Assembly: GCF_000150275.1 (NCBI RefSeq)
Contig: NW_002060943.1
Coordinates: 13,118,313 to 13,182,312, forward strand
Origin: Trichoplax adhaerens
Lineage: Eukaryota > Animalia > Placozoa
DNA: 64,000 nt
Direction: 5' to 3'
Positions 1 to 12,850 of the stretch are shown here, one piece after another. A model generated the notes under the pieces. It was not told the origin of the DNA. It searched no databases and was given only the letters and a program-made list of their open reading frames with translations. The number at the start of each line of letters is the position of its first letter. The stretch's first letter is position 1. Both the position numbers and the translations under genes were made by a program.

Positions 1-125
1 CCCATTTTTTCTTTCTATTATTATTAGGATCGTAAGGACGTAATTGACTTTAGAGAAAATCTTTTTGATTATTGAAAAGAGATAGTGAGTTTTTTCGGAT
101 TTCATTTTTTTTAAAATCGTAATTA
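1..125 (-). pseudogene. 5' end of a further copy of the 404-aa orphan family, running off the left edge
   Basis: Minus strand reads ..KDFL*SQLRPYDPN.., with the same stop as the copy at 12777-12779; homologous to RDFHLSQLLPYDPN of the 6912-8126 ORF. Confidence 0.8.
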
Positions 126-2068
126 ATCGATTGGCTGCTATTAATAATCGACTAGAAATTGAACTAAAAATGAAAATAAGCTTACTGTTTATGAATTTCT
201 ACGGAAATTTTAAGAGTCCAACGTATAATACATTTTATGAATGCTGAAAATAATCCTCGGCCAGAATGGATATAATTCAATCTCAAACTGTTCTTTAAAA
301 GCTTTCAGTATAACTAAGCATATTGTGCTCGCTCAAGTTTACAATATGCTTTAAAGTCGATGAAAATCTTTTTTGTAATCATATTTATGAGAAAATAATA
401 TACGTATGTCTGTGTGCTGAATGATAATATAGCACAATGTACTATAATAATTCATCGCGATAGGGGTATTTTGACAAGGTTAAACAAAAGTATCGAATAA
501 GCAATTGTTTGAAAGTAATCCATTACAGTACAATGTTCAATAACTTTAATATACACAAAATATACATGTAGTACTGCCCATTAGAAAGCAAGCATGAATA
601 TCAGACCATATGTTGATGGATTATCGCTATGTGCAACAAATTAGAAGATACAATGGAAGCGAATTACAAGGCTCAAAGCGTACAAAGTATTGTCGAAAAT
701 CAAGCTTACAAAATTGTATTTACTTTTGTATCTAACAACGTTAGTCTAGGAACTGTTATTCTAGAGACATAACAACTTGATTAAATATAATCAACATGTA
801 CAATTAAGTATGATGCACATGAACGGCTAAATGGCGTAGAATGGCCAACCCAACATATAAATATGAATATTCTAATGTGAGCTGTTTTCCTCAAAAGAAA
901 CAGAACAACTTGATGGAATTGAATCGTTTCATAAGCACGGTATATGGAACGTACATATGAGTGTGTTTCTGTCAAAGGACGATACGGTTAGAGGTCGTAT
1001 AAGAATGATATTTATGCATCATAAATATATACGCTTAAAAGCGAAGAATTACTACCAAACCAGGTAGATGCATTGGTGTACAAATCAATCCCCTTCACGG
1101 GTTAAGCATGCCCTTGTAAGCGTACGTCAACTCTATATCTTATATAGATTATCATATCCCATCAAAATGGCATTTATAACTATAAGTAGTATAATTATGA
1201 ATGACTACTAAGTAAAATTCTAATGATCTCGTTTACTAAACCGTATTTATCCTATAGAATAATTTATACCACCGCATGTTACTAAGGTATTGGCATTGTC
1301 TTTTCCAAGCCCGATATAAAATGGATAACTTGACCAAAAGATTGGTTATCATCGTTGCCTACAACAACGGTGATACCGATTGCTATATTTCATTATTGGA
1401 CGCTAATTTCATCTTGACGGTCAACTGCCTCAATTAAATTAGAATTATGGCAAAATTAAGTAGCAACAGCGATCATAAAAGACACAATATCTATTAGTAT
1501 ATGTTCAAGGAGACTTGAATGTATTTATCAAATTACGTTAAGGAATGGTTTTCATAAATAGACGAAGTAATCATTTGCTATACGTATGTTATCAATTCGG
1601 TCTATTAGATAAAAGTTAAAATCAATATAGTAAGAACAAAATTTCCTTATAGATGCGCAAGATAATAATGGATGCTAATTATTATAAAGATTCATCTGTG
1701 TAATGATGTAATGTAACTTAGTATTATGATTGTAGACTATTAACTATATCTAGTATGATGTACGATAGCGTGACTTCTATATTTATCGTAATACATATTT
1801 AGTAGCTCATAGCTATAAACTGTAATGATCGATTCTATGCTACGATACAGATGACTATATATAGTAGAGTTTAGAGTTACTATTAAGGTTAAAGGTAAAA
1901 CTAGAACTGTAATTAATACATTAGGATATGGTTAGTACATTGTGTTTTGGCTGGTGTAAATAATGTCTACGAAAATACTGTAGTCGTTTCCATATTGGAT
2001 TAATAATGATTCGCTGTAAAATATTGCTACTCATAACAATTTTAATACATGTAAATATAGCAGAATAT
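1..2068. repeat. Near-identical copy of 12727-14795 (segmental duplication or uncollapsed haplotype)
   Basis: Constant offset of 12727 (identical ORFs 781-975 and 13508-13702) with only scattered substitutions; the match ends at the N-gap at 2070. Confidence 0.95.
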
Positions 2069-2069
2069 G

Positions 2070-2119
2070 NNNNNNNNNNNNNNNNNNNNNNNNNNNNNNN
2101 NNNNNNNNNNNNNNNNNNN
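2070..2119. other. Assembly gap (N-run)
   Basis: 50 Ns. Confidence 1.
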
Positions 2120-4259
2120 CCATAATAACAGTGTTTCCGATAATATCACAGCAAGCCAGCAATCATGAAAGGTAGATAATGGTCTGTTTACTAGCTCGAA
2201 AGGTAGAAATTACATCATTGCAAGCTATTAAGGATCTTACAATATCATATTTGTCCTTGCCTAACACGTGGAGAAGAATTTTAACATTCATTTATTGAAT
2301 TACCTATACTTGCAGGAACAATCTTAAAATAAAATAAAGAAATTTAATGATTAAGGATTCTATCGGGCTTTCGATGAATTATTTAAAATTTGTTGTTAAG
2401 ATAAATGACATACTAGTACGTATTCTACTATAGTAAACCTAGCAATCTCAAAAATTACTTTAGCCAATACTGCTATTTACTGTCGATTTAAACTTATGGC
2501 CTTAACAATCAATCATGAGTTGCGCTCTTTACAGTATCTTTTATATAAATTCCTTATCCCGTCAATGAAAGGAGAAACAGAATGCGAACAGCGGCAAAAA
2601 GCAGTAACTTAGTTACATTTTCATAGCAAGATTGAAAAAATAATCCAGTACGTTGACATTTGTAACGATTTCGCAAGGTTTCACTTACATCTCTTCCAAT
2701 ATTTTCACATATAGGTAGTTCTATGTTGCGGCAAACCATTTTGGGATCCATACGGTTTTAAAGACAGGTTATTACACGAGAGGATCTATTCATGGCATCA
2801 AAGTAGTAATAATCATAGCTTGCCAGGCGATAATATCCTATCACTTAACACATAGCGTGGCATACAGAGAGATTTACGCTCTGAAAGTCAGCAGTATACA
2901 TTAAATTAAAATTACAATGATAACTCTGTTTATTGTGGATACTCTATAGTACTGATACTTGATTGATAATCTTATACAATACATTTAATTAGTTTCTAAC
3001 GTCTTTTTCTTTAGATGTCTCTATTTCTAATTATGCAGCATCTACTATTCTGAGAAAAACATGATAATTTTCCTCTTTTTCCATATTAATGATTCCTAGA
3101 AGGCGCGATGCATACCGCATCCACGCCGAAATACGCGTACTAAGCAATAAAGGTAAAATTTCTCTTGACATCACGTTCATTAACCTAAGTAAGACAAGAA
3201 ACAACTTCGTAAACATTTTTTTATCAGTATATTTTAATCACAAATTAGCAAAATGATTCGTATAACATATGCAGAGGTCACTGAAAAATTAATAGATTGT
3301 AATATAAAAAATAGTTCACTTAAATATCTTAGTAAAGCTGTAATGTCATTAGCTATTATGGGCGCTATGCAGATAGCATTGGCTGTACCTTTGGCTATGC
3401 AATCTTTTAATGTAAAGGAAATGGCAATTCTTAGTTGTTTGTCTCGATAAGATGGTTAGGTAAAGGATAAGCGTCTTGTGATTTATATCCTACTGCGTAG
3501 TACAACTTGAAACTAATAATTAGTAAGCGCCTAAAGTTGCAGTAATCGTCCGTTCTATTTGAAAAATTGCGATTAAATCGATTGTTACGGGGATAGGCTA
3601 CTAGTTACAGTAGTTCATGTATTTTCGATCTGATTTACGCGAATACTGTAAAGAGCATAAATCTAGGATATCCCCTGCACACACATGTCATATAGTAAGC
3701 ATTCTTGCTAAATATATCGCATCTTTTATATTTAAGTTTACGGCTTGTTAAAAATTGAGATTCACAAGGAGAAAATTATACTAAAAGATCATATACTTGT
3801 ATGTCTTAATGGTCGACTTATTTGTATTCTATTCATGATACAAATAGTTTATTTATCCAGCTCATTTCTTGACCGTCCAAAAAGCTAAGAGCGAGGAATA
3901 CAATTCTACTTTGGATAACTACGATGTTTATTTTTGTACTACTTGTGATTAACGTCGGAAAAGACTAACAATTTAAGGTAGCCATAAAATTAGAAAGTGA
4001 TGTCCAAATAAATCAGTCGCTGTACATTTATAGTACGTACTTGATTCACTTTTTACCTTCATGAACGTTTAAGAAATAGCTAGGAAGCATATACAGTAAG
4101 ATAATGTAGTTGTGAATTTTCTTATAATGTCATGCTTCATATGCAATACGTTCTAATTCATTTGAACGGGTATTTAGCTAGTAATAGTACCGTAATAATT
4201 AATTGAAGGTATATAACACGGTTTTGAATTACTTGCAAACACTGCAGTTCAAACCATTC

Positions 4260-4260
<1 letters not shown>

Positions 4261-4305
<45 letters not shown>
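4261..4305 (+). repeat. (ATT)15 microsatellite
   Basis: Perfect trinucleotide run. Confidence 0.98.
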
Positions 4306-6911
4306 GAAGCATATCCAATCTTCTAGTTCACTTCAACGACACAATAGCAAGTAGAATTGGCTGTTGAGATGTTATTGATTTTTTAGATATCGTTACTATT
4401 TTTATGATACAATTTTTAGTTGATTTTGAATTATTAATAAGTTGCACTTCCGCCAAAACTTTCACCATAACATTTACCGATATTTAGATCGAATAGTTTT
4501 AATTCAGTTGAATGTATGTAAGTATTTTCTGCCTATCAATACTCGGAGATAAATATCGTAATCTATATTTAATCATGCCTATCTTGAGATAATCCTAGTC
4601 CTAATAAAATAAATTGATATCATTCTAATTGATGCCGAGTATTGATATCTGTGGCTATTGAATAATCATTCATCGATGCCTCAATTTTTTTTAATTACGA
4701 AGCTTTATTGTATTATAGTAAAGAGTGTTTACTGGATCTTAAATTCTAGACTAAATTTTCTCTTCGATATTGCTACCTTTACACACGAAAAAATAAAGGA
4801 TAATGTTCTATAACGGTTTACAAACAATATTGTAATCGTATTTATATGAAAGTTTGTGATCGATGATGTTGCAGAGAACTTGTTGTGTGGAATGGCAATT
4901 TAGATTAAAATCCCAATAGTTTAAGTTTACAAGCTGAAATACTCGTTTTGGGGGATACGTGTCATGGGCGAATAACGTATTAATCCGTTCACTGCTGCAT
5001 ACTGCACTCACGCTGCAAATTAATTCAAGCAGATTATTCTAGGCGCAGTATTGTATGATATTGTCTATCAAGTGCAAAGAATTCGTTATATAAAAATAAG
5101 ATTGAATGTATAAAATAGACTATTGGCAGTAGAGAAGGTAATTTATGCGGACGATACCAAGCAAGAAATGTATTAAAAGGAAGTTCAATTGATTGGCGAT
5201 GCTGTGATAATCTGATTCTAGTAAATCTTATTTAAATTCAAGATTAGCAAAATACACGAATTTTGTTCTGATTCTATCACATATTTGTGTTCAATAGAAG
5301 ATTTTGCTTTATACTATAAATTAGGATACCATCCAAATTTAATTAAAACTGCTAAACTGCAGAATGAACCTCATACCTATAAGTCAGACTAATTATAATC
5401 ATGGGCGCGTTTGCTCTCGATATTTATAGAGAAACATACGTACCGGTAAGTTGTAAAGTAGATTTTAAGCAAGATATAAGAATGAATAAGGTCATGGTAA
5501 ATGATCTTCTTGTTGAAGATACGGTAAATCTTAAGAAAGCTGTAATTATCGTCGACGAAGCTTCAGTAATGAATTTTAACATGTTTCGAGTGAAATTTTG
5601 TCACAAACTGCAATACTATCTCATCTGGAAGTAAGCTAAATCTAAGACAATTCAATCGATAAAAAGAACTATTCCAGTTTAAGTTTTTCTTGAAGCAAAT
5701 TCAATTTCGTAATGACAGACTTAATATAAAAAAATGCATTAGACTAGCAACGTGCTCTCACTGAGTACGGCATTCTACTCCAATTTGATGCTGGGATGCA
5801 CTACTGGATGCTCTCGTTGGTATAATATTTAGTAGTCCACGGTGCTAGTAGCTATTCGGTGTCAGCACCATTTCATTGCTTCTTCAGCCTCAAACCATTA
5901 ATTTACTTATAGAGATTGCCATGAATTCTTCATTTACATTTAATTTCTTTCAAATACTGTGCTAATTAATTTGTACAATATATTTATGAAACAAATAACA
6001 AAGTGGAATAAAGAAAAAGTGGTTTATTATTCAAAACTCTAAGCATAAATAACTGACTGTGATGGAGGGTTCGAAGAGTCTGCGGATGTAGACTCCTTAG
6101 GCATTTCACAATAATTATACGAGGGGTTATTAGAAAAAGAGATATTTAATGTAGAGAATAACTAGATACAGTGTGGTAGTTAGTCGTAGATCAGTGCATA
6201 AGCTGTCGAGAAGTAACATGTGTAGAATACTAACACTAACAAGTGTAACTGAATCAATCTGAGGCAGAAATCATCAGAAATCATCAGTATTACTGAACCA
6301 ATCTGAGGCAGAAATCATCAGTATTTATAATTTTAGAGAGAGAACATATGAAGAGAAGAGGATTGTAGAATTAGATACACCATATACCTTAAACAGGCTA
6401 TATGATAGTAAATGGTTGTAGGAAATAGCAAAGACTGTAGGTGCTATAAATGCCTAAATATGGCAAGCTATATTTGAGCATAGTTGAAATAGACTATAGA
6501 ACTAAATACCCTACATACTACGACACAAATAGTTAATCTATACCACGTAGAGGTACGTATATTCAGAACATAACAAAATATCTGTATTAAAGAACATGTC
6601 TAAAAACTACAGTAAAAACTAAATACACTACGCCGGCATTAGCTAAGAATTTCGTAGACAATATAGATTCAATACGCAAGTCAATGCACAAGGCACGGTG
6701 GAAAAAGTAAACGATAATGTATAGTTCTGAAATCCACCTTATACCTACAGTATACACTACATTTCTTCATTAAAATAGGACATTTAATAAAGGCACGTTA
6801 TGACTTACAGATTGGTCATACTACTGTATAATCGGCATTACAAAAATGAGATAGTCTAACGATGAACTATGTGATAATCGACAAAGGCTCTTGTTACTTA
6901 GAATGAAGTTG

Positions 6912-8126
6912 TTATTCTAATTTCGAGCTTTCCTGCAGCATATTTTCAATATGATCACAGTATGCATGCGATAAGAAAAAGCGCGAAGAATTTTGCATAC
7001 AACATCCCCATTCGAAAGCTTTCTTTCGATAAAATTCAAACTCTTTGTCCTGAATATTGATTTCAGATGTTTCATCAGGATATTGCCTATGTGCTGCTGC
7101 ATAAGCTAACAGTAAATCAACTGGGCCTGATGTGGTTATTTCCTTCGTCCAGTCGCTTATGGACGGAAGATTGCTAAAATCTCTGCATGTACTGCCTAGC
7201 AGAATAATTGCGGGAGATTCTTTTTGTAAAGAAGAAGGACAAACATTCTGATATTTTGACGAAGTCGCTTCAAAGTAGAGATAGATCTCATGTTCCAGCT
7301 GATAATTTCTATCTTTGCTCTTTAGCTGAACATGCATAACGATAGGAATACCATAAGACAGTGCCGCTTCCGTGATTACTTTTGCCGTCCAAAAGCACGG
7401 TATACACTTGAGCTTGCGATGCATTACTACAAAGTCTGCCGAGATCATTTGTTTTATACTCTCTTCTAACTTTAATTGATAGGCTAACTCCTGAACAAAT
7501 TGCACTGAGTGTTCGGATAGATTCTGTCTTAATCGAGCTACTAGCTTATTAGCAAACGTAGATCCTACACTGCTAATTTCTTTGATTTTTTTGGTATCAG
7601 TATACTCGTTTTTAACGATGGGATTTTCTTGTCTTGGAGGCAAGACTATTTTCACCTTTGTAAGCAGGTAAGATTCAATTAGGAAAATTTCATCAAAGTT
7701 TAAATTGAGTTCAATATTCTTTTCTTTTAGCAAATTGGATAAAGAAAATCCTTCTTTAATCACTCGCTCAATATCTTGCAGCATGCTTAAGCATTGCAAT
7801 TTAATTCGATTTATCTTGGATAAAAGGACTTGGTTGTTCACTAACGGATGCTTAAGGAAGACAAGGGCTGTCTGAACTGCTCTAATTTGGCAAGCATTTT
7901 CTCCCACAAGCGGATCAAACTTATTGATATCATACTTACTCAGCATTTCCATAGCATGTTCTGTAGCTATTACAAGTACTAGATATTCTTTGAGGCCATC
8001 GATTAATCTCCTTTCTTTCTTAACGTTAGGATCATAAGGAAGTAGTTGACTTAAATGGAAATCCCTTTGGCAATTGGAAAGCGATGGAGGAAATTTCTTC
8101 AACATATTTTCTTTTCGAAATGTCAC
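6912..8126 (-). CDS. Intronless protein of unknown function, ~400 aa; the first ATG is at 8105 (397 aa), the ORF-track start is a GTG
   Basis: 1.2-kb open frame in AT-rich DNA; a diverged paralog at 11613-12850 conserves amino-acid motifs (GxNACQIR, SYLLTKVK, RLRQNLSE, CxPCFW, HxQLKSxDRNYQ, FYRKKAFE, HxYCD), indicating real coding constraint. Confidence 0.88.
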   Translation of the reverse strand: MTFRKENMLKKFPPSLSNCQRDFHLSQLLPYDPNVKKERRLIDGLKEYLVLVIATEHAMEMLSKYDINKFDPLVGENACQIRAVQTALVFLKHPLVNNQVLLSKINRIKLQCLSMLQDIERVIKEGFSLSNLLKEKNIELNLNFDEIFLIESYLLTKVKIVLPPRQENPIVKNEYTDTKKIKEISSVGSTFANKLVARLRQNLSEHSVQFVQELAYQLKLEESIKQMISADFVVMHRKLKCIPCFWTAKVITEAALSYGIPIVMHVQLKSKDRNYQLEHEIYLYFEATSSKYQNVCPSSLQKESPAIILLGSTCRDFSNLPSISDWTKEITTSGPVDLLLAYAAAHRQYPDETSEINIQDKEFEFYRKKAFEWGCCMQNSSRFFLSHAYCDHIENMLQESSKLE

Positions 8127-9319
8127 TACCTAGACGAGTGCTAGTGATTTCTTGACTCGAGAGCTGGCTCTATCCAAAGAATGATCATTCATTTAATAAA
8201 AGTAGTATGTGAACTTTTCCGCATGGGAAACTAATCACTTCTTCCAAAGAAAGTTGACGAGTTCAAAATGCAATACATTCAGTAAGCAGATGCTCAAAAT
8301 TAATCAAATATATCAGCTCTATAGTAAAGGAGGAACGCCCACAATCTTTCTTGATATTGTAGATGTACCGGCAATATGGAATCCAATTTAGTACAATGTA
8401 CAAATGAAACCTTGACGAATGGGAGCTAAATAATAAAGCAGAAACGTTTATCAGCAATCTTCTTACGTATGTAGACGTACGGTCAATGCAGAATACGCTA
8501 TAGTAGAATGGAGCAAGAAATTACGACGAATTGGGAACGATTTTAAACAGAAAACAAGTGGCTGTAACGTCATCTAACTTGTGAAAACTTTTAGTGAATA
8601 TTGACGAATGGATCAGGGCTTCACACTATCAACTTGATGTAGTGATGCACTTTGATAGAACCTTCCATAAAATGATCGAGTAATACTGTAGACATTGCAT
8701 AGCTATGTAATAGCTATATATTTACAATTACATACTTACTTTCATGATCGTACGACATCAATCAAAAAAAATCATTGAAACTGGTAAAAAATATTGACAA
8801 AGCTCAAATATTCGTACATGTATATATATAAAGCAAATATTATTCCATCAGTCATTTATTTTCATGACGCTACAGATTATCAAATTGTCAGGCAGTCTAA
8901 TATTTACTTTTGTATAACATAATTTCCAATTTTCGCCTTGTTACTGTTAAATGATACCTTTCATTATTTTACTCGTAGAAATAATGTAATAACTCTTCAA
9001 AAAAATTGATAATGAATTATCGATGACAAAACTACTTCCATATCCAGTTATCATAAACAACATATCTTTACGCCCAATCATAGCAACAATTAGCAATACA
9101 AAATAATTCAAACTAACATTAATGAACTTACCAAAAGAATCATTTTTGCTTTTGCATATAAACTAGAATTAAAGTTAACCGTTCAATCGGCACCGGCATT
9201 ATGGTTCATGGTAAGATTAGTGTCAAATCCATCTTATCCAAACTGAATTAATTCATGCTCATGATAGGCGTCTTCATCATTTTTTCGATAGAATAATTAG
9301 TATGCCTACATCGTGCGTA

Positions 9320-9555
9320 NNNNNNNNNNNNNNNNNNNNNNNNNNNNNNNNNNNNNNNNNNNNNNNNNNNNNNNNNNNNNNNNNNNNNNNNNNNNNNNNN
9401 NNNNNNNNNNNNNNNNNNNNNNNNNNNNNNNNNNNNNNNNNNNNNNNNNNNNNNNNNNNNNNNNNNNNNNNNNNNNNNNNNNNNNNNNNNNNNNNNNNNN
9501 NNNNNNNNNNNNNNNNNNNNNNNNNNNNNNNNNNNNNNNNNNNNNNNNNNNNNNN
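9320..9555. other. Assembly gap (N-run)
   Basis: 236 Ns. Confidence 1.
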
Positions 9556-9879
9556 AAATTAAGAGGATTGCATCTCATATAAATCTATGTTAGATTTATC
9601 TTATAGAAACTATATAATTTATACGTGTTTTGAATATCACTTATGTATGGGCTAATCTTGTTAAAGGTATATAAGAGCTTCACGACTAACTATCAGAAAA
9701 GAGAAGTAGATGAAGCTGTAGTAAGAGTATTATTAATAAAGGCTGTTTACCTAATGCATAGCAGTTCTTAAGTATTTAGCTGACTAAGGTAGTTTCACCA
9801 GGTTGTAGTGACTAAACACGTTTAGGAGAAATAAACTTAGGACTAGTAATAATTTTAAACTTGTTCCAATCGTGGTTGT

Positions 9880-11480
9880 AACAAGTGGTAAATCAAATCA
9901 ACTTACTTAGTTACTACATCGCCTTTAATGTCTTTGATAGCCGTTTATTTTAATCATACTTAGGACTGATCTGAACAAGTAAAAACTACTTATTTGCGAA
10001 TACTAAGTTGAATTCATCGTATGCTACATTTAGTTCAGACAAGTATTTTATAATAATCGATTTTATAACTGATTATCTAACGAGTGAGATACTACATAAT
10101 GCAATAGACCAACAAGCTTTAACAGACTAGGAAAGCTTCTCACAACAGGAGATCTTGAATAAAAAGAACAAAAAACAAGAACAGATGAAAGTAGCTACTT
10201 AATTACACTATTTAACTTATTTACAACCTAAAAGAATTGCAAATAAGTTCACTTAAAATTAGCAAAAGTTAGTACGAGAACAAAACTGAATAACTAGTAA
10301 TAAATCCTGAGAAGCTGAAATCATTATATTTGAATTATCATAAAATATTTCTCATACATACCTTATCATTTTCCGAAAGACCTAAATTTGGTATTATTTT
10401 TAAATAATTTATAAATCGTCATAGCGTGTTGACAATAATAACTCTTCTAAAAGCTTCACTACAAGTCAAATCCTAAAGCTCAACATTTATACTGTAGATC
10501 AAACAATCGATCGGCTAGTTCTTTACTTTAAAAATAAAACCGAATTCCAGGGTAAAATCAACTTAAATACCAAATAAAACATACGATTTAGAGCAAAAAT
10601 TAATTTAATCAACACACGCCAACATTTTACATAATATCGATCGTATACTATACTCGTATAATACTGCATTCAACTATAATTAGTCGGAATTAAATAAAAG
10701 TTCAGTTGTTACCTTCATTACTTCTTCTTATGTTATTTAAATGAAATACTACAATGTCTATGAAAACTACAAATTAGCGTCACAAAATATTAAAGGTCTT
10801 ACGAGTACGTTATATTACTAAGTTTGAGATAATTCCGAAATCGGCATGCTCCTAGCAATAATATCGACCCTAATACGAGCTCTACAAAGCTTATAACTGT
10901 CGATCTGCCTTCATTTGAAAGCTTACATGTACTGCTTGTGTAGGATCGCCTATATTATTGAGTTGCTTGATAGATTTGTTCATATCTAATCTAGACAATT
11001 TATAATCAAATTAGCTACTAATTAATGTAATTTAATTTAAAAAATTGGAGACATAAATAAAAATGAACTTTGATCTCGAACCGACGACTAGCACCAAGAT
11101 TGCCAAACTAAACATCATAAGATGCTATGATACGCGATACAGTAATGACTCTTGTATGCAATAGCACAAATTAGTGAGCTCATTAATTTATCTTTTTACT
11201 CTATTCTATAGTGACGGCAATCAATGTTTCATATTGAATGTTTAATTTATACAAAAGATAGCAGAAACGATTAAATAGAATTGGTTGCAATATCTTTCAA
11301 ATATTAATGAATATTTATTATTATCTGCTGGCAAGGATAAAATTTCGTACGAGTATTTTCCAGCGTAGTTAACCTGTATATGCCATCAAATATATCCCTG
11401 TTAATAGTATTATCCTCTATAATTTTGCTCATAGCAGTAGGGGAAAAGTATTTCACCACAATCCATAGATTAAAATTAAA
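9880..11480. repeat. Older segmental duplication, copy A (blocks homologous to 15840-15985, 16640-17001 and 18924-19755)
   Basis: Shared blocks such as GTGGTAAATxAAATCAACTTA, ACTACAAGTCAAATCC, ATATCGACCCTA and TACGAGTATTTTCCAGCGTA occur in the same order, with many substitutions and indels. Confidence 0.85.
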
Positions 11481-11612
11481 GAATAAAAATTAAAGAATAG
11501 ATTTTTCATTGCAGGTATTATCTTTCGAACTAAATGAAATCGGTAAATGAAAGCTCAATATATATAAGGCAGCACAAGCATTTATTTTAAAAATGAATCC
11601 GCTTCTTGCTTG

Positions 11613-12850
11613 CTACTTTGAATGAAGAGTTGTCTGCAGTTTCGAAGCTTGATGAAGAATATTCTCAATACTGTCACAGTATACATGCCACAAGAATAGT
11701 CCGGAAGCATTTTCTAGACAGTATCCCTATTCAAAGGCTTTCTTTCGATAAAATTAGAAGTCCTTGTTCTGGATTTCGCTATTACAAAAAATTTCTTTAG
11801 CCTTTTCATTAGGATACTGTCCATATTTCGATGTACAAGCTAGAAATTTATCAATAGGACCTAATGAGACTATTTCTGTTACCCAGTCATCAAGAGACGG
11901 AAGATAGTTAAAATCTCTGGCTGTAATCCCAATTATAATATAGGCCGGGGGTTTCTTTTTTAAGGTACGAAGGAAAACATTCTGATATCCAGTTAAGGTA
12001 GCATCAAAATAAAGAAAGACCTCATTTTCTACCTGATAATTTCTGTCTATACTCTTTAGCTGAGCGTGCAACACTATTGGGATCTTGTAAGTTAAAATAG
12101 CTTGAACGATTACTTTGCTGACCCAAAAGCATGGCAAGCACGAGATATTATGGTGGATGATTAAATTATCGGCTGCGATCATATGTTTTACAGTCTGATG
12201 TAATTCTAATTGAGGTGCCAATCGTTGAATTAGCTCTACTGAATATTCGGACAGATTTTGTCTTAAACGGCTTACAAGCCTACTGGCAAATCTAGATCCT
12301 ATATAACTAATTTCTGCGAGTTTTTTAGGATCTGTATGCTCGTTCACGACTAGCGGATTTTCTTTCTTTGGTGCTTTGCATACCTTCACTTTTGTAAGCA
12401 AGTAAGATTGGATCAGAAAAAGCTCGCTAAAGTTTAAATGAATTTCTATATCGCTTTTAAATAAATTAGATAAAGATCTTGTTTGAGCAATCCGATCAAT
12501 ATTTTAGATTAGGTTAAGGCAATTTATTTTGATTTGACGTATCTCCAAAAGAAGGGCATGGCTATCTACTGGATATTTCATGAAGATAATAGCAATTTGA
12601 AGAGATCTTATTTGGCAAGCATTTTTTCCAAAAAGTAGAACAAAGTTGTTAATATTTTTCTTCGCTACGAATTCTAAAACTTTTTCTGTAGCAATTATTA
12701 GGAGTAGATATTCTTGGAGGCGATTTCCCAATTTTTTCTTACTATTATTATTAGGATCGTAAGGACGTAATTGACTTTAGAGAAAATCTTTTCGATTATT
12801 GAAAAGAGATAGTGAGTTTTTTCGGATTCCATTTTTTTTAAAATCGTAAT
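11613..12850 (-). pseudogene. Pseudogene paralog of the 6912-8126 protein
   Basis: A single reading frame aligns end to end with the intact protein but has in-frame stops at 12777-79, 12504-06, 11754-56 and 11727-29. ORF-track fragments 12504-12731 and 11754-12401 are in the same frame. Confidence 0.9.

Noticed and set aside
781-975. 64-aa ORF repeated at 13508-13702
   Set aside because: Identity reflects the recent DNA duplication; non-ATG start and no recognisable motif.
6248-6325. Short direct repeat of ACTGAA.CAATCTGAGGCAGAAATCATCAG (similar small duplication at ~31068-31205)
   Set aside because: Ordinary local slippage duplication with no further structure.
9302-9582. ORFs at 9302, 9306 and 9313 (also 15335-15520)
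   Set aside because: Artefacts of translating N-gaps.
11613-12850. Alternative genetic code or readthrough as an explanation of the in-frame stops
   Set aside because: The stops align to four different amino acids, each one base change away, and neighbouring genes end in standard TAA/TAG.
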